Shown here piece by piece: positions 8,211-17,790 of a stretch of DNA of 64,000 nucleotides. The DNA lies in contig CANRZD010000001.1 in assembly GCA_947644325.1 (NCBI GenBank), positions 6,810-70,809 of the forward strand, in the 5' to 3' direction. The DNA comes from an uncultured Clostridia bacterium (lineage in GTDB: Bacteria; Bacillota; Clostridia; Oscillospirales; Acutalibacteraceae). The notes under the pieces were generated by a model. The model saw nothing but the letters and a program-made list of their open reading frames with translations. It searched no databases and was not told the origin of the DNA. Every line of letters begins with the position of its first letter. Within the stretch, counting starts at the first letter, position 1. A program made the translations under genes and the position numbers.

Positions 8211-9515
8211 TCAGTGGATATTCTGGCAGAACCGCGCCAGGATGGCGGCGGCCTGGGCCCGGGTGGCGCTGCCCTGGGGGGATAGCAGGCCGTCGCCGGT
8301 GCCGTTAATGAGCCCGCAGCCCACGGCCCAGCGCATGGGCTCCAAAGCAAAGCCTGAGAGGGTATCAAGGTCCCTAAACTGGGAGAGGTCCGCCGAGGCG
8401 GCCACGCTGTAGCCCTTATATTTGGCGTAGCGGTGCAGGAAGGTCACCATCTGCTCCCGGGTGATCACGTCCCCGGGGCCGAAGCGCCCGTTGCCGTACC
8501 CCTGCACGATCTTGTTTTCAGCGGCCCAGGCCACCGGGGCCGTGTACCAGACGCCGGCGGGCACGTCGGTGAACACGTTCTGCCCCTCCTCCGGGGAGCC
8601 CTCCAGCCGGTGCAGGATGGTGACGATCATGCTGCGGTCCGTGGAAACATCCGGGGAAAAGCGGGTGTCCTCCGTGCCTTTCATCATGCTGTGCTCATAC
8701 ACGTACTGAATGGAGCCGTAGGCCCAGTGCTTCTCGTCTATGTCCGTAAAGGGCAGGTACACCCCCGAATCCACGAACACGGCCTCCATGGCCACGTCCG
8801 CATCCGGCATGCGGAAGGTGTACTGGCCATTTCCCATGTCCAGAAGGGCCACGGGCTTGCCCGCCGCCGTCACTGTGAGGGCGGCCAGCTTGTACCCGGC
8901 GTCGGGCTGCACGTACACGGTCACCACCTGGTTGGCCCTGGCGGAGGAGAGCACCTGATAAGTGCCGTGGGCCGCCTGGGGCGCCGAAATGCTGTGGCTG
9001 GCCCCAAAGGGCAGGTCCGGGGATTCCGTGTCGGAGGACTGCACCACCGGCACGGTCTCCAGGGAAGCGTTTGCAAGGCCCCCCGTAAGGGCGTCGGAAT
9101 CCAGCAGGAGCACCCGGGCGCTTTCGGGTATGATGCCCATGCCGCTGACGGAGAGGGCCCCCAGGGTCAGGGCGTTCCCAGAGTTCAGCGCCAGGCTGGA
9201 GACAAGGTACAGGGTGGCCTTGGTCTTGCCGCCGCCACTGGTCACCTGGGCCCCGTAGCCCGGGCTGTAGGCCAGGGGGTCGGCGGGGGAGAGGGAGATC
9301 TGCGCGGGGGCGTAGGTCCCCGCCAGGGTCACCTCCAGGGCCACGCCGTAAAGGGTACGGCCGTCCCCCAGGCCGCTGAGCCCCAGGATCACGTCCCCCT
9401 GGGCCGTCTGCCGGTAGGTAAGGGATACCCCGGAGGCGCTGGCCTTCAGGGGCAGCATCCCTATCACAAGGGCCCATAGGAGCAGAAGCCCTGTCCATCT
9501 TTTCACTTTTTTCAT
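8211..9515 (-). CDS. Secreted SLH-anchored protein: signal peptide, cohesin-like beta-sandwich, InlB-B/Flg_new-like repeat, 3 SLH domains
   Basis: Signal ...LPLKASA; three SLH motifs (FTDIDEKHWAY, FTDVPAGVWY..TREQM, FRDL..ATRAQAA); B-repeat-like VTVYVQPDAGYKL..YTFRMPDADV. The cohesin call is tentative. Confidence 0.8.
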   Translation of the reverse strand: MKKVKRWTGLLLLWALVIGMLPLKASASGVSLTYRQTAQGDVILGLSGLGDGRTLYGVALEVTLAGTYAPAQISLSPADPLAYSPGYGAQVTSGGGKTKATLYLVSSLALNSGNALTLGALSVSGMGIIPESARVLLLDSDALTGGLANASLETVPVVQSSDTESPDLPFGASHSISAPQAAHGTYQVLSSARANQVVTVYVQPDAGYKLAALTVTAAGKPVALLDMGNGQYTFRMPDADVAMEAVFVDSGVYLPFTDIDEKHWAYGSIQYVYEHSMMKGTEDTRFSPDVSTDRSMIVTILHRLEGSPEEGQNVFTDVPAGVWYTAPVAWAAENKIVQGYGNGRFGPGDVITREQMVTFLHRYAKYKGYSVAASADLSQFRDLDTLSGFALEPMRWAVGCGLINGTGDGLLSPQGSATRAQAAAILARFCQNIH

Positions 9516-9528
9516 ATAGAATCCTCCC

Positions 9529-12500
9529 TTACTTCACCTGGACCACCGGCAGGGTGTCGCCGCCGGGGCTGTCCATCCACAGGGTGCGGGCGGTGGGCCG
9601 CTGGCCCCCCGCGCCGGTGGCGCTGTCCGTGCGGTACATCTCCACCATGACCTGGCTGGGCAGAAGGTTCGCCCCGTCGCAGTGGGTCACGTCCTGCAGC
9701 TCGGCTTCCTTCTGCACGTTTGGCACAAAGAGGAACAACCCGTCGCTGATATCGCTGACCTGCTGGTCCTCGGGTATCTCCGCAAAGAGCAGGGCGTAGC
9801 CGTCTATGGGCCGGTTCTCTTCCGCGACCACCAGCTTCTCCGCGCCGTTGTCGTCTACCACGGTCTTGGTGGTGGTGAATTTCCCCCATACCTTTAGGGT
9901 GTTGAACACCGGGTCGCCCCGGTAGGTGCCCATGATGACAAGGGTCCCGGCGGGTATCACTTCGTTGTCATAGCGGTAGTCTTCGGCCAGCCGCCCCATG
10001 AAGCCGCCTTCCTCCGTGCGGAAGGAGACGTCGTCCCCCGCATAGCTGATGAGCCCAATGTCCTTGTCCTGCAGGCCCGCGGGCAGGCCGGTGATGGTGA
10101 CGGTCTTGGCGTCGTAGGTCCATATGCGGGTGTCGGTGCTGCTCGTGCCGGGCTTATTAAAGTATGTCAGGTAGCAGTTTTGGTCGTCCACCGCTTGGTT
10201 GCCCGTGGAGAAATTCCCCTGCCGGGCCTGCACCCGGGTGCCGTCTGATTGGGTGACGGTCACGGTGAAGCCGCCGCTTGCGGGCCGGTTCCCGCCGCTC
10301 AGCTTTATGCCGGAAACGCTCGTCTCGCTATGAAGGGTGATAGTGGCCGTATCCCCGCTGCGGCTGATGGAATAGCTGGAGCTGGGCACGGTCTTGTCGT
10401 AGGCGATGCGCACCTGCCCGGCCTGGGCCCGGCCGATCTCATTGCCCAGGGTGCTGTAGGCTGTTACAGAGTAGCTGAAGGTCAGGTGGTTCCCCGCTGC
10501 GATGGTGTCGGTGTAGGTGACGCCCCCGGCCTTGTGGGGCACAAAGGCAATGGGCTTGCCCTCCCGCAAAATCTCATACCCCTGGATGCAGGGGGCGCTG
10601 GGCGGGGTGATATTGATCTCGATCTCTGTGTCGCTGCCCGCCTTTTTGGCCGCCGTGGCCGAGAAGGAGGCCGCGTGGCTGGCCGCGCCCTGCAGGCGGT
10701 CCCGGCGGCTCTGGTCGTTTAAGTACCAGATGGCCCGGGCCTCCTTGGGGTAGCTCGATAGCTTCCGCTTGGCGGCGTCGCCCAGTACCAAGCCCCAGCG
10801 GGTGAAGAACTCGCTTAAATCCTTCTGGGCCACCCCGGCGGCGGTGAGGGCCACCTTCTCGTCGTAGGTGGGGGAGGGCACGTCCCCCAAATAGGTCCCC
10901 GCCTTCCAGGCCTTGAAGAACTGGTTGTAGAACTCCGTAGGCGTCTGCTCATCGTAGGCCAGATGCAGCTGCCAGTACATGCCCAGTTGCACGAACACGT
11001 CGTTGGAAGCCCCGGGCAGGCCCTGGGCCACCTTGTTGAAGACGGCGTTATACTTGCCGCTCTTTTCCAGGCGCGAGGGCAGGATGCCTTTTCCTCCGTC
11101 GTAGGTCTGCACCATAAGGGCGTAAATGTTGTTGGTGATCTCCGCCTTGCCCAGCTTATCCATGTTGTGGCCAATCTCATGGGCAATGCCCCAGCCGAAG
11201 AGGCTGTTGGCCTGGGCGGAGGCAGGCAGCTTCGAAATGGGCGAGCCGGTGCACAGCCCCGCGCAGGAGGCGTACCCCACGCCGATGTGGTTTCCGGCGG
11301 CGTACATGAAGGCCCCGGAGAACATCTGCATGCAGCGGATGTTCTGGCGGGTCTGCATGTCGCTGCCGTCAATGCCCTGGGTGGCGCTGCAGATGCGGGT
11401 GATGTCCTCCCAGGCCAGCACCGTGTCGTAAAGGGTGTTCACAATACTCCCGCTGGGGGCGCTGTTTTTCACCGCCAGGGCGGGCAGGGACAAAAGCACC
11501 GAAGGGGTGGATATTTCCGTCACGTTGAGGCACTTTGTGGCCTTGTTTGCCTCTGTGGCCCCCAGCTTGCCTACATAGCCGTTAAGCTCCGTCACGTAGG
11601 CGCTGATGACCTCCCGGCGGGCGGCGTCGCTCATGGTGCGCCAGCCGTCCAGGGCCAGCACGGGCATATCTGCAGCCCTGCGCACATGGAGCTTCACCAT
11701 GGCGGCGTTGGAGCCCCCGTAGGTCACGTAGAGGCTGCCGCCCCGCTCCGTGCTCTGGCTGCCGATCTTCGGCACCGTAAGGGTGTTGCGGCCGTTTGTG
11801 AGGGTGCCCATCTTGGCCCGCCAAGTAGAGGCCTCGGCGTTAAACTGGGTGGCGTACACGGTCACGGTCTCCCCGGCCGGTATGCCGGCGGCGTAGACGG
11901 TGATCTCCTGCCCGGCCCTGGCGGCCACGCCCAGGGGCTGCAGCTCGCTGCCGGACTGCTTGTACTTCTGGCTGTCCGCACTGGCGCTGCGGGCCTGCAG
12001 GCCGTCTATGATGACGCCAGAGGAGGAGCCGGAAAGCAGCTCCTGGGCCAGGTCCAGCTCGTCCTTCAGGGTGTTTATATCCAGGTAATAGAAGCGCTCG
12101 TCGCTGTTTAAGCGGGTGCGCAGGACCGAGATGGTCTGGGTGGTCACGTGGCTTCGCAGCTGGGTGCGCAGCTCGTTTGCGAAAAGGGCGCTGATCTCGT
12201 CGGGCAGGCAGCGGGCGGGGTCGTACTCCATAAAGGAGAGCTGGGAGCAGCTGGTGATGTTGTAGGCGTCCTGCTCCACGGCCACGCTGATCTGCCGCAC
12301 CTGCCGCTGGGCCCCGAAGGGCAGTATGGCGAACTTCGACGTGGGGATGGCGTTCTTATTGGGGATGTTGGGCCAGGTGAACACGTCGCCGCCGTCGGTG
12401 TTGCCGTTATTGTCCTTGCCGCCCTTGTCCGGGTCGGGCACGATCAAATGCCCCGGGCCGCTTAGATCCTCCCCCTCGTACCACACCTGCACGCTGTAGG

Positions 12501-14466
12501 CCCGCAGGAACTTAGGGTAATTCCCGTCCAGCCGGGGGGACCACAGCACGGCCTGCAGGTCCACGGGCTCCTTGAAGGTGGTGATGACGTGCTCGTTGCC
12601 GTGCCAGTTGGCGGCGGTCCAGTGGGTGCGGTAGTCGCCGTCTATCATGTTTTCCGGGGAGAAGGGCTTGTCGGCGCTGTACTCCGCCGCCGCGTAGTTG
12701 CGGGGGGCCCCCAGGCGTATGCTCTCTATCTTCTCCCGGCCCAGAAGCCCGGAGGTGGGAAGCCCCGCCGGGCGGTCGTAGGCCACGGCCTTGGGGGTGC
12801 CCTCGGCAACGCGGGAGGCCCCGCTCTTCCCGGCGTCGTTGCCGGCTATGACGTAAAGCTGGTAGGCGGTGCCGTTTTTCAGGCTGGAGATCTGGGTGCT
12901 GGTGCCCCGCAGGCTGCCGCCCACCTGCTGGTAGGGGGCGTTCTCCGCCTTTTCTTTATAGAACACCTCATAGTAGGTGGCGGACTTGGACTGCTTCCAG
13001 GAAATGCCCAGGGCCCCCTCCAGCTCTGTGACCTGCACCATGTCCGGGGCGTCGGGCCGGCGGCTGGGCTGGGGGGTGGCGTCCACAGCCGGGCAGGCTT
13101 CGCCCTCCCAGCCCTCGGCGGTGGGGGTCACGGTGAACCAGTATTTCTTAAGGTTCTCAAGCCCCGTCACCTCCGCGTAAGGGGTCATGACGCTGAGGCT
13201 CTTTTTCGCGCCGCCATCGGCCCAGTAGTCCACCCGGTAGCCGGTGACGTTTGGCACCTCCCGCCACTTGAGGGCGGCCTTCTCATGGCCCGCCGCGGCC
13301 GTAAGGCCCGTGACCTGGCGGTTGGGGGCCATGGGGTTTTCGGGCACGATGTCCTTTAGGAACTGGATGGTCTCCACCACCACAAAGCCCCCCGGGGCCT
13401 TGTCCACGGAGATGGTCACTTTCTTCACAGGCACCCGCCTGCCCAGTTCCAGGGTGTTGGTGCGCACCCCCTCGGTGCGGGCGATGGCGTAGACCCCCGC
13501 AGGCAGCGCGGCGCTGAAGGACAGGGCCTCGCTCTGTCCGTCGGTGTATTCGATAACGGCCCGGCCGCTTTCCAGCCCGCCGTTTTCCGGGGCGTTCAGG
13601 GCGATCTGGGCCATTTCCACGGGGCTGGCCCCAAAGTCGATGGGCAGAGAAAGGCTCTCCCCCTGAGAGCCCAGTTTGACGGCCCGGCCGTTATCAGAGA
13701 ACAAATCTGCCAAGGCCCCTTCCGTAGCATAAGCGCCCCCGGACGCCAGGGCCTGCATGTCCACAGGCGGGCTCAGAAGGGCCGTGTCCTTGATCTCCGC
13801 GCCGCCCTGGGCGTTTATGTTCTGGTTTACGTACACCAGGTCCGAAAGCCCGATGGCGTCGTCCCCGTCCAGGTCATAAGCAGCGTACAGGCTGCGGTCC
13901 CCAGAGCCCAGGCGCTGGGAGAGAAGGTCCCGGTCTATCTCGTTCACACGGCCGTCGCCGTTGAAGTCGCCTAAAGTAAAGGTGGCGTCCCCCGTGCCCA
14001 GGATCAGGTGCTTCGAGTGGGTCTGCAGGGGGATGCTGTAGGAAAAGGCTTTGTAGCCGGAGCCCGTGAACTTCAGCACGTAGTTGCCCCGGGGCAGGTT
14101 CCCGATGGAAAGGGTCACGTACCGGGGCCAGCCGGAGGTATCCTCCCCGCCGTCGCTGTTCTTGAGCTCTACAGACGCCGGGTACGGCCCCACAGACTGA
14201 GCGCCCGTGTCCCACAGCCGGGCCTCTCCCACCTGGCTACCGTTTTGAAACAGGGCGGCCCTTACGGCGTGGTTCTGCAGGGCGGTGCGCCGCTGGGCGT
14301 AGTCCAGCCGCAGGGTGGCCTGTATCTCCCCCAGGGTGGAGGCGTCCTCCAGGCTGGGCGCGGCTTCCGGCAGGAATTCGTCCTCCATGGCCCAGGCGGG
14401 GGCGCAGCAGGTAAGCGCCAGGACCGCCGCCAGAAGGACGCTGCAAAGTCGTTTCACAAGCTTCAT
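9529..14466 (-). CDS. Secreted M60-like (enhancin/mucin) zinc metallopeptidase with dockerin, FN3 and CBM32/discoidin-like modules
   Basis: WGIAHEIGH (11167-11181) plus downstream AEITNN gluzincin ligand; M60_N-like ELQPLGVAARAGQEITVY; two EF-hand-like dockerin repeats; FN3 motifs LKWREVPNVTGYRVDY and ISWKQSKSATYYEVFY. Confidence 0.9.
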   Translation of the reverse strand: MKLVKRLCSVLLAAVLALTCCAPAWAMEDEFLPEAAPSLEDASTLGEIQATLRLDYAQRRTALQNHAVRAALFQNGSQVGEARLWDTGAQSVGPYPASVELKNSDGGEDTSGWPRYVTLSIGNLPRGNYVLKFTGSGYKAFSYSIPLQTHSKHLILGTGDATFTLGDFNGDGRVNEIDRDLLSQRLGSGDRSLYAAYDLDGDDAIGLSDLVYVNQNINAQGGAEIKDTALLSPPVDMQALASGGAYATEGALADLFSDNGRAVKLGSQGESLSLPIDFGASPVEMAQIALNAPENGGLESGRAVIEYTDGQSEALSFSAALPAGVYAIARTEGVRTNTLELGRRVPVKKVTISVDKAPGGFVVVETIQFLKDIVPENPMAPNRQVTGLTAAAGHEKAALKWREVPNVTGYRVDYWADGGAKKSLSVMTPYAEVTGLENLKKYWFTVTPTAEGWEGEACPAVDATPQPSRRPDAPDMVQVTELEGALGISWKQSKSATYYEVFYKEKAENAPYQQVGGSLRGTSTQISSLKNGTAYQLYVIAGNDAGKSGASRVAEGTPKAVAYDRPAGLPTSGLLGREKIESIRLGAPRNYAAAEYSADKPFSPENMIDGDYRTHWTAANWHGNEHVITTFKEPVDLQAVLWSPRLDGNYPKFLRAYSVQVWYEGEDLSGPGHLIVPDPDKGGKDNNGNTDGGDVFTWPNIPNKNAIPTSKFAILPFGAQRQVRQISVAVEQDAYNITSCSQLSFMEYDPARCLPDEISALFANELRTQLRSHVTTQTISVLRTRLNSDERFYYLDINTLKDELDLAQELLSGSSSGVIIDGLQARSASADSQKYKQSGSELQPLGVAARAGQEITVYAAGIPAGETVTVYATQFNAEASTWRAKMGTLTNGRNTLTVPKIGSQSTERGGSLYVTYGGSNAAMVKLHVRRAADMPVLALDGWRTMSDAARREVISAYVTELNGYVGKLGATEANKATKCLNVTEISTPSVLLSLPALAVKNSAPSGSIVNTLYDTVLAWEDITRICSATQGIDGSDMQTRQNIRCMQMFSGAFMYAAGNHIGVGYASCAGLCTGSPISKLPASAQANSLFGWGIAHEIGHNMDKLGKAEITNNIYALMVQTYDGGKGILPSRLEKSGKYNAVFNKVAQGLPGASNDVFVQLGMYWQLHLAYDEQTPTEFYNQFFKAWKAGTYLGDVPSPTYDEKVALTAAGVAQKDLSEFFTRWGLVLGDAAKRKLSSYPKEARAIWYLNDQSRRDRLQGAASHAASFSATAAKKAGSDTEIEINITPPSAPCIQGYEILREGKPIAFVPHKAGGVTYTDTIAAGNHLTFSYSVTAYSTLGNEIGRAQAGQVRIAYDKTVPSSSYSISRSGDTATITLHSETSVSGIKLSGGNRPASGGFTVTVTQSDGTRVQARQGNFSTGNQAVDDQNCYLTYFNKPGTSSTDTRIWTYDAKTVTITGLPAGLQDKDIGLISYAGDDVSFRTEEGGFMGRLAEDYRYDNEVIPAGTLVIMGTYRGDPVFNTLKVWGKFTTTKTVVDDNGAEKLVVAEENRPIDGYALLFAEIPEDQQVSDISDGLFLFVPNVQKEAELQDVTHCDGANLLPSQVMVEMYRTDSATGAGGQRPTARTLWMDSPGGDTLPVVQVK

Positions 14467-14682
14467 AAAGATCCCTCTCCTTTTTTCGCGTCATTTCTCC
14501 AATCTTCTAAAAATATTATAGCAAATTTTCCCATCCTGCAACAGGGCCATTTCCATAAAACCTCAAAATCACAAGCCCTTGTGTAAATTCTTTTTGTACA
14601 CCTTGCTTTTAGTGGCTGTCCGTGATAAAATACAGGAAAAGCACGAGAAAAAATCTACAGCAGAAAGGAACGTGCAGACGCT

Positions 14683-15552
14683 ATGATTTCAAAGGTATAT
14701 TTCTCCAAGACCATCACCCCCGAAAAGGTGCTGGAGCTCTTTAAGCTTTTGCAGAAGGACCTGCCCGGAAAGACCGCCATCAAGGTCCACTCCGGGGAGG
14801 TGGGCAACCAGAACTTCCTGCGGCCCGACTTCTGGAAGCCCATCGTGGACTATGTGGGCGGCACCGTCACCGAGTGCAACACCGCCTATGAAGGCCAGCG
14901 CAACACCACGGAAAAGCACCTGAAGGCCATCTCCCTTCACGGCTGGGACGAGTACTTTGACTTCGACCTGCTGGATGCCCAGGGCCCGGACCTGGAGCTC
15001 TCCATCCCGAACGGCCAGCAGATACAGAAAAACTACGTGGGCAAAAACCTAAAAAATTACCAGTCCCTTCTGGTGCTCTCCCACTTCAAGGGCCACCCCA
15101 TGGGCGGCTACGGCGGGGCCATCAAGCAGCTGTCCATCGGCGTTGCCTCCTCCTTCGGCAAGGCCTATATCCACGGCGCCGGCGACCCGGAGAAGATCTG
15201 GTCCTCTGACCACGACTCCTTCCTGCGCTCCATGGCGGACGCCGCCGCTTCGGTGGTGGAGTTCTTCGGGGGCAACGCCGCCTATATCAACGTCATGAAG
15301 AACATGTCTGTTGACTGCGACTGCTGCGCCGTGGCCGAGGACCCCTGCATGAAGGACATCGGCATCCTGGCTTCCTTAGACCCCGTGGCCATCGACCAGG
15401 CCTGCATCGACCTGGTGTACGCCGCCAAGGACGACCCCGGCCAGGCCCATCTCTTAGAGCGTATCGAGAGCCGCAACGGCACCCTGACTATTGACGCCGC
15501 CGCCAAGCTGGGCTACGGCAGCAAGGAGTACGAGCTCATCGAAATCCAATAA
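14683..15552 (+). CDS. DUF362 family Fe-S protein
   Basis: AIKVHSGEVGN, SHFKGHPMGGYGGAIKQL, DCDC, SLDPVAIDQAC; upstream promoter TTGCTT-N17-TAAAAT (14603-14631). Confidence 0.8.
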   Translation: MISKVYFSKTITPEKVLELFKLLQKDLPGKTAIKVHSGEVGNQNFLRPDFWKPIVDYVGGTVTECNTAYEGQRNTTEKHLKAISLHGWDEYFDFDLLDAQGPDLELSIPNGQQIQKNYVGKNLKNYQSLLVLSHFKGHPMGGYGGAIKQLSIGVASSFGKAYIHGAGDPEKIWSSDHDSFLRSMADAAASVVEFFGGNAAYINVMKNMSVDCDCCAVAEDPCMKDIGILASLDPVAIDQACIDLVYAAKDDPGQAHLLERIESRNGTLTIDAAAKLGYGSKEYELIEIQ

Positions 15553-15690
15553 AATGTCGATTTAACAAGCTTTTCCCCGGCGTTTCGGGCTTTCCCCCGG
15601 CCGCCGGGGATTCTTTTTGGCAAAAAGAGTTTACCCCGGGGGGAAAATGATGTATAATAGGAGGGCAAAAAAGCTGTCGGGAAAGAAGGG

Positions 15691-16482
15691 ATGCCTGTGA
15701 AGAAGGTACGGCTTGCCGGTAAGATACTGGGCTGCGCCCTGTGCGGGGCCGGATGCGTCTGGTTCTGCCTGCCCATTGCCCACGGGGGCTTCCGGCTGGG
15801 GGCGGCCTTTGGGGTGTGCGTGTGCGGGCTGGGAATCGCTTTGCTCTTGTGCTACAGCCGGCTGGTGCAGGCCGGGGGCTGGCGCAGAAGATGCGCCCGG
15901 GCCCTTGCCATCTGCTATGCCCTGGGCCTCTGCTGGTCCGGGGCCCTTACGGGGCTGATGTTTTCCGCCCAGCTGCGCACCCCGCCCCCGGGGGCCAACG
16001 TGATGGTGCTGGGCGCGCAGATCTACAGTGCTGAGCGCATGGGCGTGAGCCTTACGGGCCGGGTGGACAGGGCCGCGGCCTATCTGCTGGAGAACCCGGA
16101 GGCTTTGTGCATCGTCACCGGGGGCCAGGGCGGGGACGAGCCCTGCCCGGAATCCCTGACCCAGAAGAACGCCCTGATGCGCCGGGGCATCGACGAAAAG
16201 CGCATTTATATGGAGGCAAAGTCCCACAATACCCGGGAGAACATGGCATACGCCATGGAGATCGCCGAGCGGGAGGGCCTGAGTACCGAAATAGCGGTGG
16301 TCACCCAGGGGTTCCACATGTTCCGGGCCCTGCAGCTGGCGGAAAGCGCGGGGTTCACCCCTTACAGCCTGGTGGCCGACACAGACCCCATCCTGTTCCC
16401 CGAATATTACGGCCGTGAGCTTCTGTCCCTGACCAAATGGGTGGTGCAGCACCTGTTTCTGGACATGGGTATTTTTTCATAA
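15691..16482 (+). CDS. YdcF/DUF218 (ElyC/SanA-like) membrane-anchored protein
   Basis: N-terminal TMs, VMVLGA, IVTGGQG.DE, EAKSHNTRENM, VVTQGFHMFRA. Confidence 0.85.
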   Translation: MPVKKVRLAGKILGCALCGAGCVWFCLPIAHGGFRLGAAFGVCVCGLGIALLLCYSRLVQAGGWRRRCARALAICYALGLCWSGALTGLMFSAQLRTPPPGANVMVLGAQIYSAERMGVSLTGRVDRAAAYLLENPEALCIVTGGQGGDEPCPESLTQKNALMRRGIDEKRIYMEAKSHNTRENMAYAMEIAEREGLSTEIAVVTQGFHMFRALQLAESAGFTPYSLVADTDPILFPEYYGRELLSLTKWVVQHLFLDMGIFS

Positions 16483-16497
16483 AAGAGGTGCCATTCT

Positions 16498-17763
16498 ATG
16501 ACATTCCTGCTAAAACGCGCCCGCATCCTGGACCCCTCCCAAAAGCTTGACATGGTGGGGGACATCCTTCTGAAGGACGGGAAGATAGCCGAGATAGGGG
16601 AGGACCTTTTCCACCGCATGGCCGAGGCCCATGAGGTGTTGGACTGCGCCGGGCTCACAGCCGCGCCGGGCCTTGTTGACATGCACGTGCACCTGCGGGA
16701 CCCGGGGCTCACCTATAAGGAAGATTTGTTTTCGGCCTGCCGGGCTGCGGCGGCGGGCGGGGTCACGAGCCTTCTGGCCATGCCCAACACCCGGCCCCCC
16801 ATGGACGAGCCCGATATGGTGCGGGAGCTTTTGGAGCGGGCGGACGCAAACGTCTACACCTGCGCCTGCGTCACAAAGGGCATGAAGGGGGAATCGCTCA
16901 CTGACTTTGCCGCCCTGAAAGCGGCCGGGGCCATCGCTCTCAGCGATGACGGCGTGCCCGTGGGCAGCGCCCGCCTGCTGCTGGAGGCCCTGGAGAAGGC
17001 CCCGGGCCTGGGCCTTACAATCTGCGTCCACTGTGAAGATCTGGACCTGGCAAAGGGCGGCCTTATGCACAAGGGCGCGGTGTCAGAGAAACTGGGGGTG
17101 CCGGGCATCCCCCGGGCTGCCGAGGACTGCGGCACCGCCCGGGAGCTGGCGGCGGCGGCCTCCATCGGCGCGCCCATCCACATCTGCCACGTGAGCACAA
17201 GGGGCTCGGCAGAGCTGATACGGGACTATAAACGTCGGGGCCTGCCCGTCACGGCGGAGACCTGCCCCCACTACCTGCTGCTCACCCACGAAGCCCTGGG
17301 CGGGCGGGACGCCGACTTCCGCATGAACCCGCCCCTGCGCACGGAGGATGACCGCCGGGCCCTTATAGAAGCCCTGAAGGACGGCGTCGTCGACGCCGTC
17401 TCTACGGACCACGCCCCCCACAGCCCCAAGGAGAAGGCGGACTTCCTCGCCGCCCCCAACGGCTCCATCGGTATGGAGACCTCCCTTTGCGCGGCACTGA
17501 CGGCTCTGGAGGGGGAGCTGACGCTCATGGAGATTCTGGAAAAAATGAGCACGGCCCCGGCCCGCATCCTGGGCATCCCCGGGGGCACCCTGGCGGCGGG
17601 GGCCCCGGCGGATGTAGTTCTCTTTGACCCCCAGGGCCACTGGACCGTGGACCCGGAGAAGCTGCACGGCAAAAGCCGCAACACGCCCTTTAAGGGCATG
17701 ACCCTGCGGGGACGGGTGCTTGCCACCTTCTGCCGGGGGAGAAAAGTGTTTGATGACCGATAA
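16498..17763 (+). CDS. pyrC: Dihydroorotase
   Basis: PGLVDMHVHLRDPG, AMPNT, VHCED, HICHVST, ETCPHYL, MNPPLR, TDHAPH. Confidence 0.95.
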   Translation: MTFLLKRARILDPSQKLDMVGDILLKDGKIAEIGEDLFHRMAEAHEVLDCAGLTAAPGLVDMHVHLRDPGLTYKEDLFSACRAAAAGGVTSLLAMPNTRPPMDEPDMVRELLERADANVYTCACVTKGMKGESLTDFAALKAAGAIALSDDGVPVGSARLLLEALEKAPGLGLTICVHCEDLDLAKGGLMHKGAVSEKLGVPGIPRAAEDCGTARELAAAASIGAPIHICHVSTRGSAELIRDYKRRGLPVTAETCPHYLLLTHEALGGRDADFRMNPPLRTEDDRRALIEALKDGVVDAVSTDHAPHSPKEKADFLAAPNGSIGMETSLCAALTALEGELTLMEILEKMSTAPARILGIPGGTLAAGAPADVVLFDPQGHWTVDPEKLHGKSRNTPFKGMTLRGRVLATFCRGRKVFDDR

Positions 17764-17790
17764 CATTTATCATAAAAAGGAGTGCTTACA

